Assembly (NCBI GenBank): GCA_028534125.1
Contig: CM052818.1
Coordinates: 44,456,001-44,520,000 of the forward strand
DNA from: Lama glama
Lineage: Eukaryota
Length of the DNA stretch: 64,000 nt
Direction: 5' to 3'
Shown here: positions 13,297 through 25,350 of the stretch, in pieces
Layout: each line of letters starts with the position of its first letter
Position numbering within the stretch: position 1 is the first letter of the stretch
Translations under genes and position numbers: made by a program
Notes under the pieces: model-generated
Told to the model about the DNA's origin: nothing
Databases searched by the model: none
Seen by the model: only the letters and a program-made list of their open reading frames with translations

Positions 13297-14899
13297 CAAT
13301 AACCTCAAGATGTCGACAGTAGTTTGAATGACACAATGATGGGAATGTTATTTTTTATTTATACTTTCCAAATTTTCTGTAATGCAGTGAGGGGAAAGCT
13401 CATCATGTTTGTAAAGCTCTTTTCCCCAGAGGAATGGCCTCTTAGCAAGTGTGGCCATTAGTGAGGATGTGATTTGAGCAATACTATTAGGCTTTTTCTT
13501 TGCACACCAAACTAAATACATTCTTGTTATTTGGTTTCACATTTCATTCAGTGAACAATGTCAGGAGCTGGAATGAGCCAGAGAACACAGATCATTCTTT
13601 GTCCTGATACAACCCACCCAGCAACCTGAGAATATTGCAGCTAAGGAGGACCCTGATAACCTGAGCCGAAAGAAAGGGCTACAGCCAAATGAGACCCTGA
13701 CTGATGGTCCAGTGAGATCAACCAAGACAAAATCTTTTTCTTGGGTTGTGCAATTTTTTTCTTAATGAAACAAGAATGTAGCATTAGCTCTGAAGAAGGA
13801 TAAGATTATATAGGTGAGTCTTTAAGGAAGTTATATATTTTCTCCAGTCCTCAGTTTTCTCATCTATAAAACAGGGACATTAGTGCACACCAGTAACCAC
13901 ATCACAATCGCGAGGGTTGAAGGAGAGAGTACATGTGAAATGTGTCATAGCACTTCATGAGAGAGATGAGTTCTTATTTGCTTCCTTTAGCTTCCTCTGC
14001 TGCCTTTGGAAGAAAAGGAAAGGTCCAAAGAAATGTCAACCAATAGAAAAGGGATTAATGACAAATGAGAAGCCCATGGTCTTGAAAATAGCTCCGGAGT
14101 TTTCGGAACAGCAGTAGCACACATGTTTCCTATCTGCCATGGCATGAAACCACACGGTTGGGCTTTTGTAAAAGCCTCAAACAGCTTTACCCCCAATATA
14201 CAGCTCTCATACAGCAAGGGGAAAAAAATAAGGCTTTTTAGAAAGTCAGATTTATCTGTCATCTAAACCTGCAGCCCAGACAACAGGACATGATTTCAGA
14301 AAAGAAAAAAACACCAGATTTCTGCTTCAATCTGCTGCTTCCAGCTATCACCTTCCCAGCCAAGGGATAAAAGAGTTTAATCAGAAGAGGCAGCAAATTG
14401 CTCAACCCAATTCTGTGCAGCATACACACAGAAATATATACCTTGATTGAATGCACAGAAACTACACTCTACATTCAGAAAATCTAAGTGCTAACCTCTC
14501 ACAGCACTAAATGCAAACAGATACCAGGGCCAAGAGCTTCAGATCCTTGAAATGGCCAGGTGATCTGGCTTTCACTCTCTCACCTGGGAGGGCTGTATGC
14601 ATCAACACTTCTGGCACCAAAGGAGAGGAGACCCGGCTCGCTTTGAAGCTGAGTGTGGCACGGTGCTGTCTGGCCCTCCAGACACCAGGTTCCAACAACG
14701 ACACGCTCCTCTGGAGACACGACAACCAGCCTTCAGTGGTTCTTTCCTCCGACTCTGACCAGAGTTTGAGCAGCAGACTGACTTCCTGCTGGGATTTCAT
14801 TTTAAATCCTTTTCTGTATATTTAGCCATTTCATTTTTGTTCTATCCTGAAGTTGGACGTCTCTGGGGATTAAAAAAAAAAGATTAAAAACAAACTAGC

Positions 14900-15452
14900 T
14901 TTGATGGTCCATTTTTGTTGGCAACCTGGCTAGATGAGGGTGCCTGGTTGTTTGGTCAAACACTAGTCTAGATGTCACAGTGGAAGTATATTTTAAATGT
15001 GATTAACATTTAAATCAGTAAACTTTGAGTAAAGCCGATCACTGTTCTTCATGTAGGTGGGCCTCACACAATCATTTGATGGCTTCAGGCACAAAGATTG
15101 AGGTTTCTCAAAGAAGGAATTCTGCCTCCAGACTGCCACATGGGATTTGTCCCCGTTTCCAGCCTTCAAACTCAAGACATCAACTTTTACCTGAATCTCC
15201 AGCCTGCTGTGTGCCATACAGATTTGGGACTTGAGAGCCCTCACAATCACATGAACCAACTCCTTAAAAGATCCACAGACAGACACATACATACACACAC
15301 ACACGACATATATGTGCATACAGACAGATACAGAGAGATGGTAGATAGATACACAGAATACACATCCATACATGTAGCTATGCACCTAAATTTGTATCTG
15401 TAGATAATAAATCCTATTGGTTCTGTTTCTCTGGAGAAGCCTGACTAACACA
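14900..15452 (+). mobile_element. MLT2B-like ERVL solo LTR with internal (CA/TA/GA)n expansion
   Basis: gtttggtcaaacactagtctagatgt...gattaacatttaaatcagtaaactttgagtaaagc; 3' end cctattggttctgtttctctggagaagcctgactaacaca. Confidence 0.88.
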
Positions 15453-15947
15453 CCAGCAAACACCCCTCTGTCCTCAAAGAGCAACCAGTCCAATGCGGGC
15501 AAAGGACTGGCCAGCAGACACGGAGCGGTCCGCAGGTGCAGGTCTGAGCTGCAGGGGAGCACAGACACACCTGTGCAAGGTGGCCAGCTCATATTTCCTC
15601 CAGGAGCTCCATTTCCATGATTACCTCATGTCATTACCTCACGTAAAGGCCCCAGCTAGGTCTGAGGTCTGGCTCATGGGGCTACCAGGTCCCCTGATGC
15701 CTCAGTCCATCTCCCCAAGCAGCCAGGAAGTGCTGGTCACTTGCTGCTTCAAGCAAGGATGGGAAGGAGAGGCAGAGAACCTAGCTGGCGGAAGAGAGAG
15801 TGGGAACGCCGGACTGCTCGGGGAGAAGATCTGACCCCGTGTGCCCTGCCCTGTGGTGCTGCAGAGCTGCTCTGGGAATCTGGGCCCATCTGAGTGAGGA
15901 GAAGGAAATAAATGAGAGTAAATTCAGTGATAGGCTATGCCCCGGAG

Positions 15948-16135
15948 CAGTGGTTGTCAAACTTGACTTTCTCAAAAGCATCGCTTCTGGGGCTTGGTAA
16001 AAAAAAAAAATGGAGATTCCCAAGCTCCAATGGGAAGTTGGTTCAGAAAGTGCAGGATGGGGCTCAGAAAAGGACGTTCAACAACACACCCCAGGAGATT
16101 CTAATACAGCTGCCACGTGGCCCACAATCGGAGGC
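15948..16135. mobile_element. MER5B-like hAT-Charlie MITE
   Basis: Starts cagtggttgtcaaactt; contains ggatggggctcag...ccccaggagattctaatacag. Confidence 0.65.
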
Positions 16136-17492
16136 TACCTTCTTGGCAAGGCTGAGAGCCAGTTAACACACTAGTGAGAGGAGAGCTGCTCCCCCTTCGC
16201 CCCACTCCAGTGCAGTCAGCTCCGGAGAAGCTGGGGGCTGAGAATCGTCCTGGGCAGACGGGGACAAGGTTACCCCAGCCTCCCATCTCTTTCTGACTCA
16301 GCTGGGCAGAAGGAGAAGTCGGCTGGGACAGGGACAGACAACAGTTCTCCCTGTTGCTCTTCTAGGGGTTGTTGGTTTTGCTTGAAATTTGGGGGAAGAA
16401 AAACTAATTCTCACTGGTGCCATTAGTCAAAGGTTAATTTGAGATGGAATCAGCATTGAACTGACATTCATTTTCCCCTCTCAATTAGCAGAATTGGGGT
16501 AAAGAAAATGTCATTAGTCACCAGGAGGAGCTGGAGAAGAGGAGCTCACCTCCTCCTTCCCCCTCGGTGTTTGAGCACAGGGATCGCAAATTACACCCTC
16601 AGTGCTGTAACCTTCTCAGCGCGACACTCCACCGGTTCCTCCTCCAGTTCACCGATCAGTGTCTCGCCCCTTCCTTCATTTCCATGTTAATGGGCCATCT
16701 CCAAATTGCTTCATTCCCTTCCCTGACCCCCATCCCTGCTGACTCGCTGACAGCCTACAGAGGCTTCTTCTCTGCAAGAAGCATTTCCCAAGCAACTTAA
16801 TTACTCCCTCTTTTCTCTTTGGTGACCTGACCGGAGGCTGAAACACCACCCCATATTTCTCCATCAGTCATTTTAACTACTCTGCAGTTGCTCTAAGTGT
16901 CCTCTGCTCTGTTCATCATGGAAGTACCCAGGGCTTCCTGAAGAGCACATAAACCCAACCACCCTTGGGAATGAAGAATGTTTCAGCATTCCATTTTATG
17001 ACCTTTATCTAAAATAAGAAAGCTCGAAATTACAAAGGGCACAGCTGGAGGTCAGAAAAAAAAGAGGGAGGGAACTGCTTGATTACGGGATGGTTTTATG
17101 CAGTGTAGCTCTGGGAATGATACTGAGGGTGCATGTCTGTCTGTCTGAAGCAGTGGAGATGAGAGGGGCCATGAGGGAATAGGAAACCAGGTCCAAGGGT
17201 CCGGCCAAGCGCGGCCCTTGGAAGCAGGGAGTCACCACAGGCATCACTAAAACCCAGCAGCACTGTGTTTGGAAGAGGGGTTTGGGGTTGGAGCCAAACT
17301 CAGTGAGTTAATAATATTAGTTATACAACATTCCTCTCCTCAGAAGCCGTTACTCTGTGTCTCCATAGTCATGAGGCATCTGAGAGGCAGTCATTACAGA
17401 GCTTATGGGGAAATGTGTGCAATGAAGCAGATATTGGACCCAAATATGCAGAGACACGTTTGTCTTTGTTACAGTCCAAAACTAAATACTGC

Positions 17493-17932
17493 ATGTGGTG
17501 GGTTGTTGTCTTAACACCCACAAGGAATCCCACCACCAGTTATGCAGATTCTGGTGTGGTTCCCCTCCCACAATGGCTGCAGAGTTGGTCATGTGACTTG
17601 TTTTGGCCAATAGGATATCAGCAAATGTGACACAAGCAGAGACTTGACACGCTCGTTAGGGCTCACTGTCTTGAACACTGCTGCCCTAATACAAAAGAGC
17701 TGGATGGTCCTCCCAGCAAGGCCACATGGAGAACAACTGAGACACCTTGGCTGACAGCCCTCGCTAATGGCCAGAAATGAGGGTGAGGTCAACTTGAGCC
17801 ATCTCATGCCAGTAGAGTGGCCAAGTGATGAGTGGCCCCAGACCAAACAGCAGCATATGAGCAAAGAAATTACTGTTACTCAGAGCTACTGAGTTTGAAA
17901 GGATTTGTTATGCAGCCATAGATAGCTGTTAC
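17493..17932 (+). mobile_element. MLT1 (F/G/H-like) MaLR LTR
   Basis: catgtgacttgttttggccaatagga...gtgacacaagcagagacttga; 3' end gatttgttatgcagccatagatagctg. Confidence 0.75.
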
Positions 17933-18288
17933 ATTATCCATCTAATTGAAAGAGCCTCCAACAATTTGGAGAAAATAAAGCACTTTGTAAAATCCAGCAG
18001 TTATGCATGATTGAAAACTTATCATGAACCAGTAATAAAGAATCTTCATAACCTGGTAGGGTATCTGGCAAACCCTCAGAGCGAGCATAAATGTAATGGT
18101 GAAATACTCAAGGCTTTACTACCAAAACAGAAGCACTGTCAGCCATCATTCCTTCCACTCAACACTCTATCAGAAGTCCTAGATAATCTAACAGGAAAAA
18201 CAGAAGAGAAAAAGAAACCAAAAATATAAGAACTGGAAATGAAGAGAGAACAAAAAAACTGTATCTATTTATAGGCCATGTGATTGTC

Positions 18289-18495
18289 TGGGGCAGGGTG
18301 AAAAATGCCTCCTCTCCCCACCCCTCGCCAAGATGCTCATGATGCTAATCCCCAGAACCTGTGAATGTTGCCTTTTATGACAAAAGGGACTTTGCCAATA
18401 TGATTAATTTCAAAAATCTGAGATGAGGACATTCTCCTGAATTATCTAGGTGGACCCAACATATTCACAGGGCTCCTTATGGGAGGGAGGCACAT
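18289..18495 (+). mobile_element. MLT1C/D-like LTR 5' fragment
   Basis: ctaatccccagaacctgtgaatgttgcctt...aaaagggactttgc...attatctaggtggacccaa. Confidence 0.78.
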
Positions 18496-18751
18496 ATGGA
18501 AGTAACAAATCCACAAAAGAGGTCAGAAAAATCTAGCAAAGGATAAACAAGATTTTTACTAAGTATAAAATATTTTTAAAAATGTAAAAGAAGATCTTTA
18601 TAAAGGATCTATCTACCACGCTTCTTATGAAGATCATCATCATAAAGAAAGCATCTGCCCCAAATTAATCCGTACTTCTGATGTATGAATTCCAACAAGG
18701 ATTTTTGCGTGTGGAACTCGACAGGCAGATCCTGAAATCAGAAAGGAAGAG

Positions 18752-19338
18752 TGGGCAGGAAAGGGTTAACACAGCAGACCTAGGTTGCTCAAATCCTGCA
18801 CATTCCAAACAATAGCATATCTTCAGCTTCTGGGAAATACCCTCTGTGTCCTTGGAATAGTCTGCCTGATAAGAGGGCTTTTGTATGCTTGAGGCCATGC
18901 GCCATGCTGTACTACTGTGGCTTGAAAACATTATCCTGACATGTGATTTATGGTGCATGCCTGTGTTTGCTCATAGTGAGAGGAGGGTGGTCACAGAAGG
19001 GTCTGAAATCACAGGAGCTGAGGTCAATTATGCAGGTTGCTGCCCGTCTTCATAACCAATGCCCAATAAAAGCCCTGCACTAGATTCAGGGGCATTTCCC
19101 TGGCTGCGACACATCACACACACTGCCCCACATTGTTGCTGGGAGAACTGTGTGTCCCCATGCAACTCTGCTGGGAGGCACACCCGGGAGCTCGCACCTT
19201 GTTTCTCCCAGACTTTGCCCCTTTTCCCTCTGCTGATTTTCATCTGTAGCCTTTTGCTGCAATGAACTGTAACTGAGTCCTGCAAGCCCTCCTAGCAAAT
19301 CATCAAGCCTGGGGGTGGTCTTGGAAACTCCAGACACA
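18752..19338 (+). mobile_element. MER21-like ERVL solo LTR
   Basis: TG...CA ends (tgggcaggaaagggttaac ... ggtggtcttggaaactccagacaca). Exact 5-bp TSD aagag at 18747-18751 and 19339-19343. Confidence 0.85.
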
Positions 19339-22149
19339 AAGAGCAAAGCACTAGGGATAGCCGATTCCATTGTGAAGAAAATCAGTAAGCTGGGAGTAGT
19401 GAGTTGCTACCCTTACCAGATTAAGGCTGGTAATAAAACTGTAACAATTAAGTTAGGAGATCCTGGAACAGATGGACAAACGGAATAGAACAGAAATCAC
19501 AGACACAGGCCTGTTATCTAGAAGACCAAAAGATGAATGCAAATGGCGAGTGGGGAGTGCAGGTAACTACTCAATAAATGGTCATTTTAAAAAGGAGGCC
19601 CCTGGCTCACACCATATTTGAAAAATATGGAGACTACATTCTAAATGGGGTGAGGAAGATGATAAACAATGAACATGGTAAGTAAATGTCTAGTACTTTA
19701 AAGGTTATCAAGTGCTATGAGGAATTTAAAAAAAAAAAACAGCAGAGCAGGACTAGAGATCCAAGAGCTGCATGAATTCATCAGGCATTTACAGCCCTTC
19801 CCGGCACTCCCAGGGGCATTCGGAGTCAGCTAAGTATCAGACAGAAACCATCTTCCACTTCCTTCCACTGCCGAGTGCTGCCAGGTCCCTCCTCTTCTCT
19901 GAGCTCCACCTGTGTCTCTACCTTTTGAGCCGCAGTCCATCTGGGCTGCCCCCGGGCCCATCGCCACCCAGGGTCATCCACACGTGAGAGAGGCAGTGTG
20001 GCTGCCTTGGATCAAGGCCTGACTCCAACATCTTCTGGGAGTTTGAGGCCAGGAATGTAGTCTCCCCTGACAACATGCTAGTTCAGTACATTGTCTCTCT
20101 CCTCACGCCTTCATGGCCTATTGCTCTGCAGTGATTATGGTCTACTTGGAAGCAAAGACCTAAACCCCACTGTTGGGGCCCCACACATACCATTCCTCAC
20201 AACCCAGACCAAGCCCTTATATGGATGGTGAGGGAGCAAACGTTCCTAGAGGCTGGAGAGCTGCCAGGGGCCACTCCATCTCTAGCAAAATACACCCACA
20301 GCACCACAACATTCGTCTTCTGAAGGAAAGCCTTGGAGAAGGGAGGGGAGGATGGAATCCGCGCTGGCCTCTGGACCTCATTCTCAGGACAAGGGTAAGG
20401 ACGGGAGGGTGGGGAGAGGACGTTCTAATTCTAGAAAATGTGTTTGAGACCCCTTCCTCCCTGCCCAGCCCTAGGGTCCTCTCTTGAGCCTGGGCTGGTT
20501 CTCATGCCCTCAGTTTCTTCTCAGCCTCAGGCCTCAGGAGGCCTCAACCTGCTTCTCTTCACTCTCTGAAACTGGCACCACCCACAGTGTTCCCGGAGCG
20601 ATGTCTCCTCCCCAGGCCAGCCCTGGTGCCACACCCAGCCCTGCTGGAGGCAGTCTTCCCAGTTACTCTGCTTTCTGCTGCCTCTGAAGATAAGCCTATA
20701 GGCTTTTGCACTGGAAGTGCCACAGAGCTGCAGCCAACAAGGGGACGGGATGAGATTCAGACACAGGACTCTGGCAACCTGTGGTTTCCATAGCTGGAGG
20801 CCAGGTGTCAAGGCCCAGACTCCCTTCCGATATGGAAGGCCGTGGGGCCTACCCTACAACTCTGCCGCTTTGCTCTTGCTCCTAGCACGGGTGCATCAGC
20901 CCTCCCTGCGCCCTCCCAGGGAGGACTGAACACACACCACACGGCAAGGCCAAGTGATGGGGGCCCGGGAGCGCAGAGAGCAGGACAGGCAGGCAGGACT
21001 GGGAGTTCTGGTGGCAGAAGGTCGGGTCCAGGACGAGATACTGACGTGCCAGACAACTGACCTCAGCAGAGCCTCAAGCTCATGGGGAAAATTCAGAGAC
21101 TCATTCATCAAATAGTAAGTAGTTGCAGGGAAAGGCAAGGCTCTGTTTGCAGCCATCTTTCATTCATGCATTCTTGCAGCCAACATTTCCGAGTGCTCCT
21201 CCAGGCCAGGGTGGGTCTGAGGACCCAGGGAGCGTTTGGATTCAGTCCTCGTCTTCCAGGGGTCTCATTCCCAAAGGGAGACAACTTACTAGAAAACAAA
21301 AGTGTAAAGTAAAAACTCAAAAGGTCCCCCCCTTACTTATGCCATCCCTCACTGTGAAAAATGCACAGATGTACATTTATTCTGAATTTTTTCTGTGATT
21401 ATACCAAAAACCGGGACAGAAAACTGTAGAAGCACACTTGGCAGGCCAGGCAGCCGCATGTCTGGAATAACGTACAGACAGCACTTCCAGGTGAGCAGTG
21501 AGGGGTTGGCGAGAGCTTGTGAGCCTTGAGGATGCAGCAGAGGCAGGCTCCGTGCTGCAGTGACATGCGCTCCAAGCAGGTGGGCGGGAAGGCTGCTGCA
21601 GGGCTGGGTCACCGAGCCAACCCATGGAGTTTCCTCTGTGCCCACCCCACAGGCCTGGAAAGTGCCCTACACCAATGGGACTCGGTCTGCAGGTGAGCCA
21701 AGGGCCCTAGGTGCCATAGGACAGGACAGGGTATGGGAGCCCCGCAAAACATCATTCCCATACTGTGTTTCGAATCCCGGGGCTGCCCTGGGAGGAAGGC
21801 AGTCCTCACTACAGAGCAGTGGGAAAGACATAGAGCAGAAGCAGAGGGACCCAGGTCTCATGATGAGTTGGGCAGAGATGGACAGGAGTACTGCGCAAGG
21901 CTCTTTCCTCCAGGGACCGACAAGATTTCACACTGCATCCCACATGTGTCTCCCACCGACTTGATGGGGGCCTGCTGCAGAGGGAGACTGGAGGACTGCC
22001 TCAGAGAAGGCAGCCCCGCAGAGCCTGACTGAGCCCACGTAGGCGTGGGATGGCTCCTGGGGATGGCTCGGACATCCTTCCCAGGCAAAGGAGATGGAAA
22101 CCAGCTGGGACCAATGAGGAGCAGCAGCCTGGGGAACCAGCTCCGCCTC

Positions 22150-22590
22150 CGGATTCCATCCTGGTTTACTCAGCACTCTGAGCTGGGTGGTCCTGAGTCC
22201 TGACCCCTCTACCGCAGTTCCCTCTTCAATAAAATGGAGATAATAAGACCCTTCTCCTGGGATTCTGTAAGAATGAAGTGAAGGCTTGTATATAAAACGC
22301 ATAGCACAGGGCTGCCACCTAATCCTAACAGTAAGGGTATTATTTAAGAGCACTGTGCACTGGGCATTGCTTTAAGCATTTTGGTTGTCACCTTATTTAA
22401 TCTTCCTAACAGCTCTATGAGGTGGAGATTATCATCTCCATGTTATATATTTGGAATAAAGCACAGAGAGGATAAGTATGTCCTCTTTGTCGCCCAAGAT
22501 CACAAAACTAGAAAGGAGGTGAAGCTGGAATTTGAACCCAAGCCATCTGAGTCCAGTACCTTTGGTCTCAATCACTGGTGCACACAGCTC
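22150..22590. mobile_element. Two adjacent MIR copies in opposite orientation
   Basis: + copy cagttccctcttcaataaaatggagataata (~22150-22330); - copy ggaataaagcacagagaggataag...gaatttgaacccaagccatctgagtcc (~22330-22590). Confidence 0.7.
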
Positions 22591-22794
22591 ATTATGTAGC
22601 AGAAATGGTGGTGGTCCTGCCATTGTGCCAACCTTCTAAGTTCACTGTGAGGATTAGAAATAAAACAGAAAGTTCCTAGAAAAGTTTATGGGTATTAAAA
22701 AACCAGCAATTAATTAGTATAACTATCACAAATATTTAGCATTACTATTCTAAGGCCAGTGGAAGGTACTTATATGACCCCCTTATAAAGTTCC

Positions 22795-23240
22795 TGTATC
22801 AGTCAGTTATCCATTGCCACAATAATGCTGTATAACAAATACCCACAAAACCTCAGTGGCACACAGCAACAAATTTGTGCATGGTCTGTGGGGTTTGGGG
22901 ATGTGGCCTATGCTCAGCTATGTGGTCTCACGCACACATCCCAGATTGGCCAGCTGTCAGCTGATCCTGGGTGGCCTCAGAAGCTCCAGGAAACTCTGCT
23001 CTGTTTGGCTTGTCTCTCAGCCCTAAGCAGACTAGCCCAAGCATGTTCTCATGGTGATGACAGGAAGGCACAGTAAGCTCCTCTGAATAAGGGCTTTTGA
23101 AGCCTCAGTGTGCATCCCATTTGCTAAATACCTAGGGGCCAAAGCACGTCACACGGCCAAGCCAAAAGCCAAGTGGGAGGGCCCTCTACAGCTACAGAGA
23201 AAAGTTGGTGAGAACAGGTAAAAAAAAAAAATCTATCACA
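22795..23240 (-). mobile_element. MLT1 (H/I-like) MaLR LTR
   Basis: tgtatcagtcagttat...ataatgctgtataacaaatacccacaaaacctcagtggc; ends aatctatcaca. Confidence 0.75.
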
Positions 23241-23347
23241 GGCCTTACTTCGGCAGCACATATACTACAACTGGAACGATAAAGAGAAAATTAGTATGAC
23301 CCCTGGGCGGGGATGACATGCAAATCTGTGAAGCATTCCATGTTTTT
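23241..23347 (+). pseudogene. RNU6 (pseudogene): Full-length U6 snRNA retropseudogene
   Basis: Ungapped manual alignment to vertebrate U6 (107 nt): 18 mismatches, about 83% identity. ACAGAGA box mutated to aaagaga; ends in a T5 tract; upstream flank is an LTR end. Confidence 0.95.
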
Positions 23348-23483
23348 ATCAACATACAGAAATCTGTTGCATTTTTATACCCTAACAATTTCTCAGAAAG
23401 AGAAACTTAGAAAACAATACCCTTTACGAGTGCATTGAAAAGAATACAATACCTAGGAATAAATCCAACCAAGACAGTAAGAG
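23348..23483 (+). mobile_element. L1 ORF2 (RT C-terminal region) fragment fused to U6
   Basis: Translates INIQKSVAFLYPNNFSERET*KTIPFTSALKRIQYLGINPTKTVR, matching L1 ORF2 KINIQKSVAFLYTNNE.SEREIK.TIPFTIA.KRIKYLGINLTK. Confidence 0.93.
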
Positions 23484-23690
23484 GTACTGAGAACATACCT
23501 GTGAACAGGACAAACAAGGTCTCTGCTCTAATGGAGCTAATGTTCCAGTGGAGGACAAACACACACACACACACACACACAAATACATGATATAATTTCA
23601 GATAATGAAAAATTCTATGGAAAAAAATTAACCTGGATTACTTAGTAGAGAGAGGCTGAGACTGGTTTAGAGGTCAGTGACCTTTGAGAT
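23484..23690 (-). mobile_element. L2 3' fragment containing an (AC)n tract at ~23559-23581
   Basis: gtgaacaggacaaacaaggtctctgctctaatggagctaatgttccagtgg is antisense L2 3' text. Confidence 0.72.
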
Positions 23691-24315
23691 TTTTGTCTAT
23701 ATCCTCAGCCCAAAGCCCAATGGCTAACTTGAAATAGGCTTCAATATACATTGAAAGGAGGATGAATGGATGTATGGACAGGTGGACAGATGGACAGACA
23801 GGTGGATGGATGGATGGACACACACTGGGACCTACCTGGCACTTCCTGACATGACCTCTTCACTCTCTTCACTCTATCTGGTCCACTGGGGCCAAGAAAG
23901 AACCCAGAGAGAAGACCCAGCTCCCCCTCCACATCCAGAGAGCCAGCCCTGAAACCTCAACTAAGTGTCTTCTCCACAGTCCCTGTGGCTGGGGCATCTC
24001 AGCTCTCCACGGCTAGCAAAGGGGTTGCCTTCCTTCTGAATTCCCTGCTCAGTGCTGGAACCAAGTCCACAGAGCTGATGCTGCCCACTGTCCTTTTGGA
24101 GAAATTCAGACCCATTCCTTTTGAGTTACATCTTGGTGTTAGGGTGTGGAAGGGGTGTGAAGAAACATGGCAGGTTGCTAGCTCTGATCCCACCCCTCCC
24201 AAATTTCCCAGAGCAAGATCAGTAGTTCAATGTCCTAATATTTGGGCTTCTCACCAAAATGTACTGAGTGACTAGGTGCTTCCTATGCATTTGCTCATCC
24301 CAATATCTCACTGAA

Positions 24316-24569
24316 TTATGGGGGGAGAGGGTGGGAAGGGCTATTATTGGGAGTTCGAGATTTGCAGATACTAACTACTATATACAAAATAGATAAACAA
24401 CAAGTTTCTACTGTAGAGCACAGGGAACTATATTCAATACCTTGTAGTAATCTATAATGAAAGGGAGTATTTGTACATACATGTATGATTGAAACATTAT
24501 GCTGTACACTAGAAATTGAGACAACACTGTAAACTGACTACACTTCAATAAACAGTAAATAAATAAATA
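24316..24569 (+). mobile_element. 5'-truncated young L1 3'UTR
   Basis: gagttcgagatttgcagatactaactactatatac...gcacagggaactatattcaatac; (TAAA)n tail. TSD aatatctcactgaa (24302-24315) / aataactcactgaa (24570-24583). Confidence 0.92.
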
Positions 24570-25033
24570 AATAACTCACTGAAGTTGGTCATCTTGCCCC
24601 ACTCAACTGAGAAGACTGATTTCCCTGGGCTGCCGTTACAGAATGACAAGGCTGCCACTCAGAGCCAGTTTTTCTGAAGCAACATGGTAGAATGGAAGTC
24701 AGACAGTCCTTCCTAATTCACGTGACGTGGATTTAAATCGACCTTCAACCACTTCTTAACCCTGTAACTAGGACAGGCTGGGGCAGAACTGAATGTGACC
24801 TAGAAACTAGCCAACTCAATGAAGTCAAAAGTGTCTACAAACCTGTTCTAGCCCAGGGCATCTGCTGGAAGCTCCTTTGTTGGTGGCTTACATTTTTATT
24901 TTTTTAAATACTTACAGAAGTGACTGACAAAGTATATTTAAAACCTGAATAAAGTAATAAAAATAACCAGTCTTCCTAACTGTGTAAGCCTACAAACAAA
25001 AAATCATCTAAAATGACACCTTCTCCCTTGTAG

Positions 25034-25350
25034 GATGTGGCGGCCCATCAGACAAAGGTTTCCGACGTGCACTCTGCCAGGGACGAGGGGCCTGCGCTTC
25101 CCGGGGATCCTCTTCACCCGAGCCTCTCTTAGACTGGAGGCGGTGAAATTCGAGCCAGACGTGAAGCTGGAGGAAGTGGGCCGGAGGAGGGGTCTTTGAG
25201 CAGTTCTCTGGGGCAATCCATACTATGGAAAGTTATTTTTAATTTGTTCCATATGAATCGTGAAAAACATGAAACATTCAGGCAGTTTATCATAATTCTC
25301 GATGAGATAAATACTGTGCTCACGCAATAAAAAAAAATGGAAAATATGTT
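25034..25350 (+). other. Candidate terminal exon or retrocopy fragment of an unidentified transcript
   Basis: Acceptor ccttctcccttgtag|G; 11 CpGs in 25034-25199; AT-rich UTR-like tail; AATAAA at 25326-25331 followed by a short GT/T-rich tract. No recognised protein in any frame. Confidence 0.4.

Larger units (their letters stand above)
17940..19640 (+). mobile_element. Old L1 (L1ME-like) ORF2 relic interrupted by two LTRs
   Basis: Degenerate ORF2 text (aatggtgaaatactcaaggcttt; ctatcagaagtcctag; tgtggaactcgacaggcagatcctgaaat; tggacaaacggaatagaacagaaa) resumes on both sides of the inserts. Confidence 0.65.

Noticed and set aside
23241..23347. Functional U6 gene
   Set aside because: 18 substitutions including the ACAGAGA box, no evident PSE/TATA upstream, and fused to L1.
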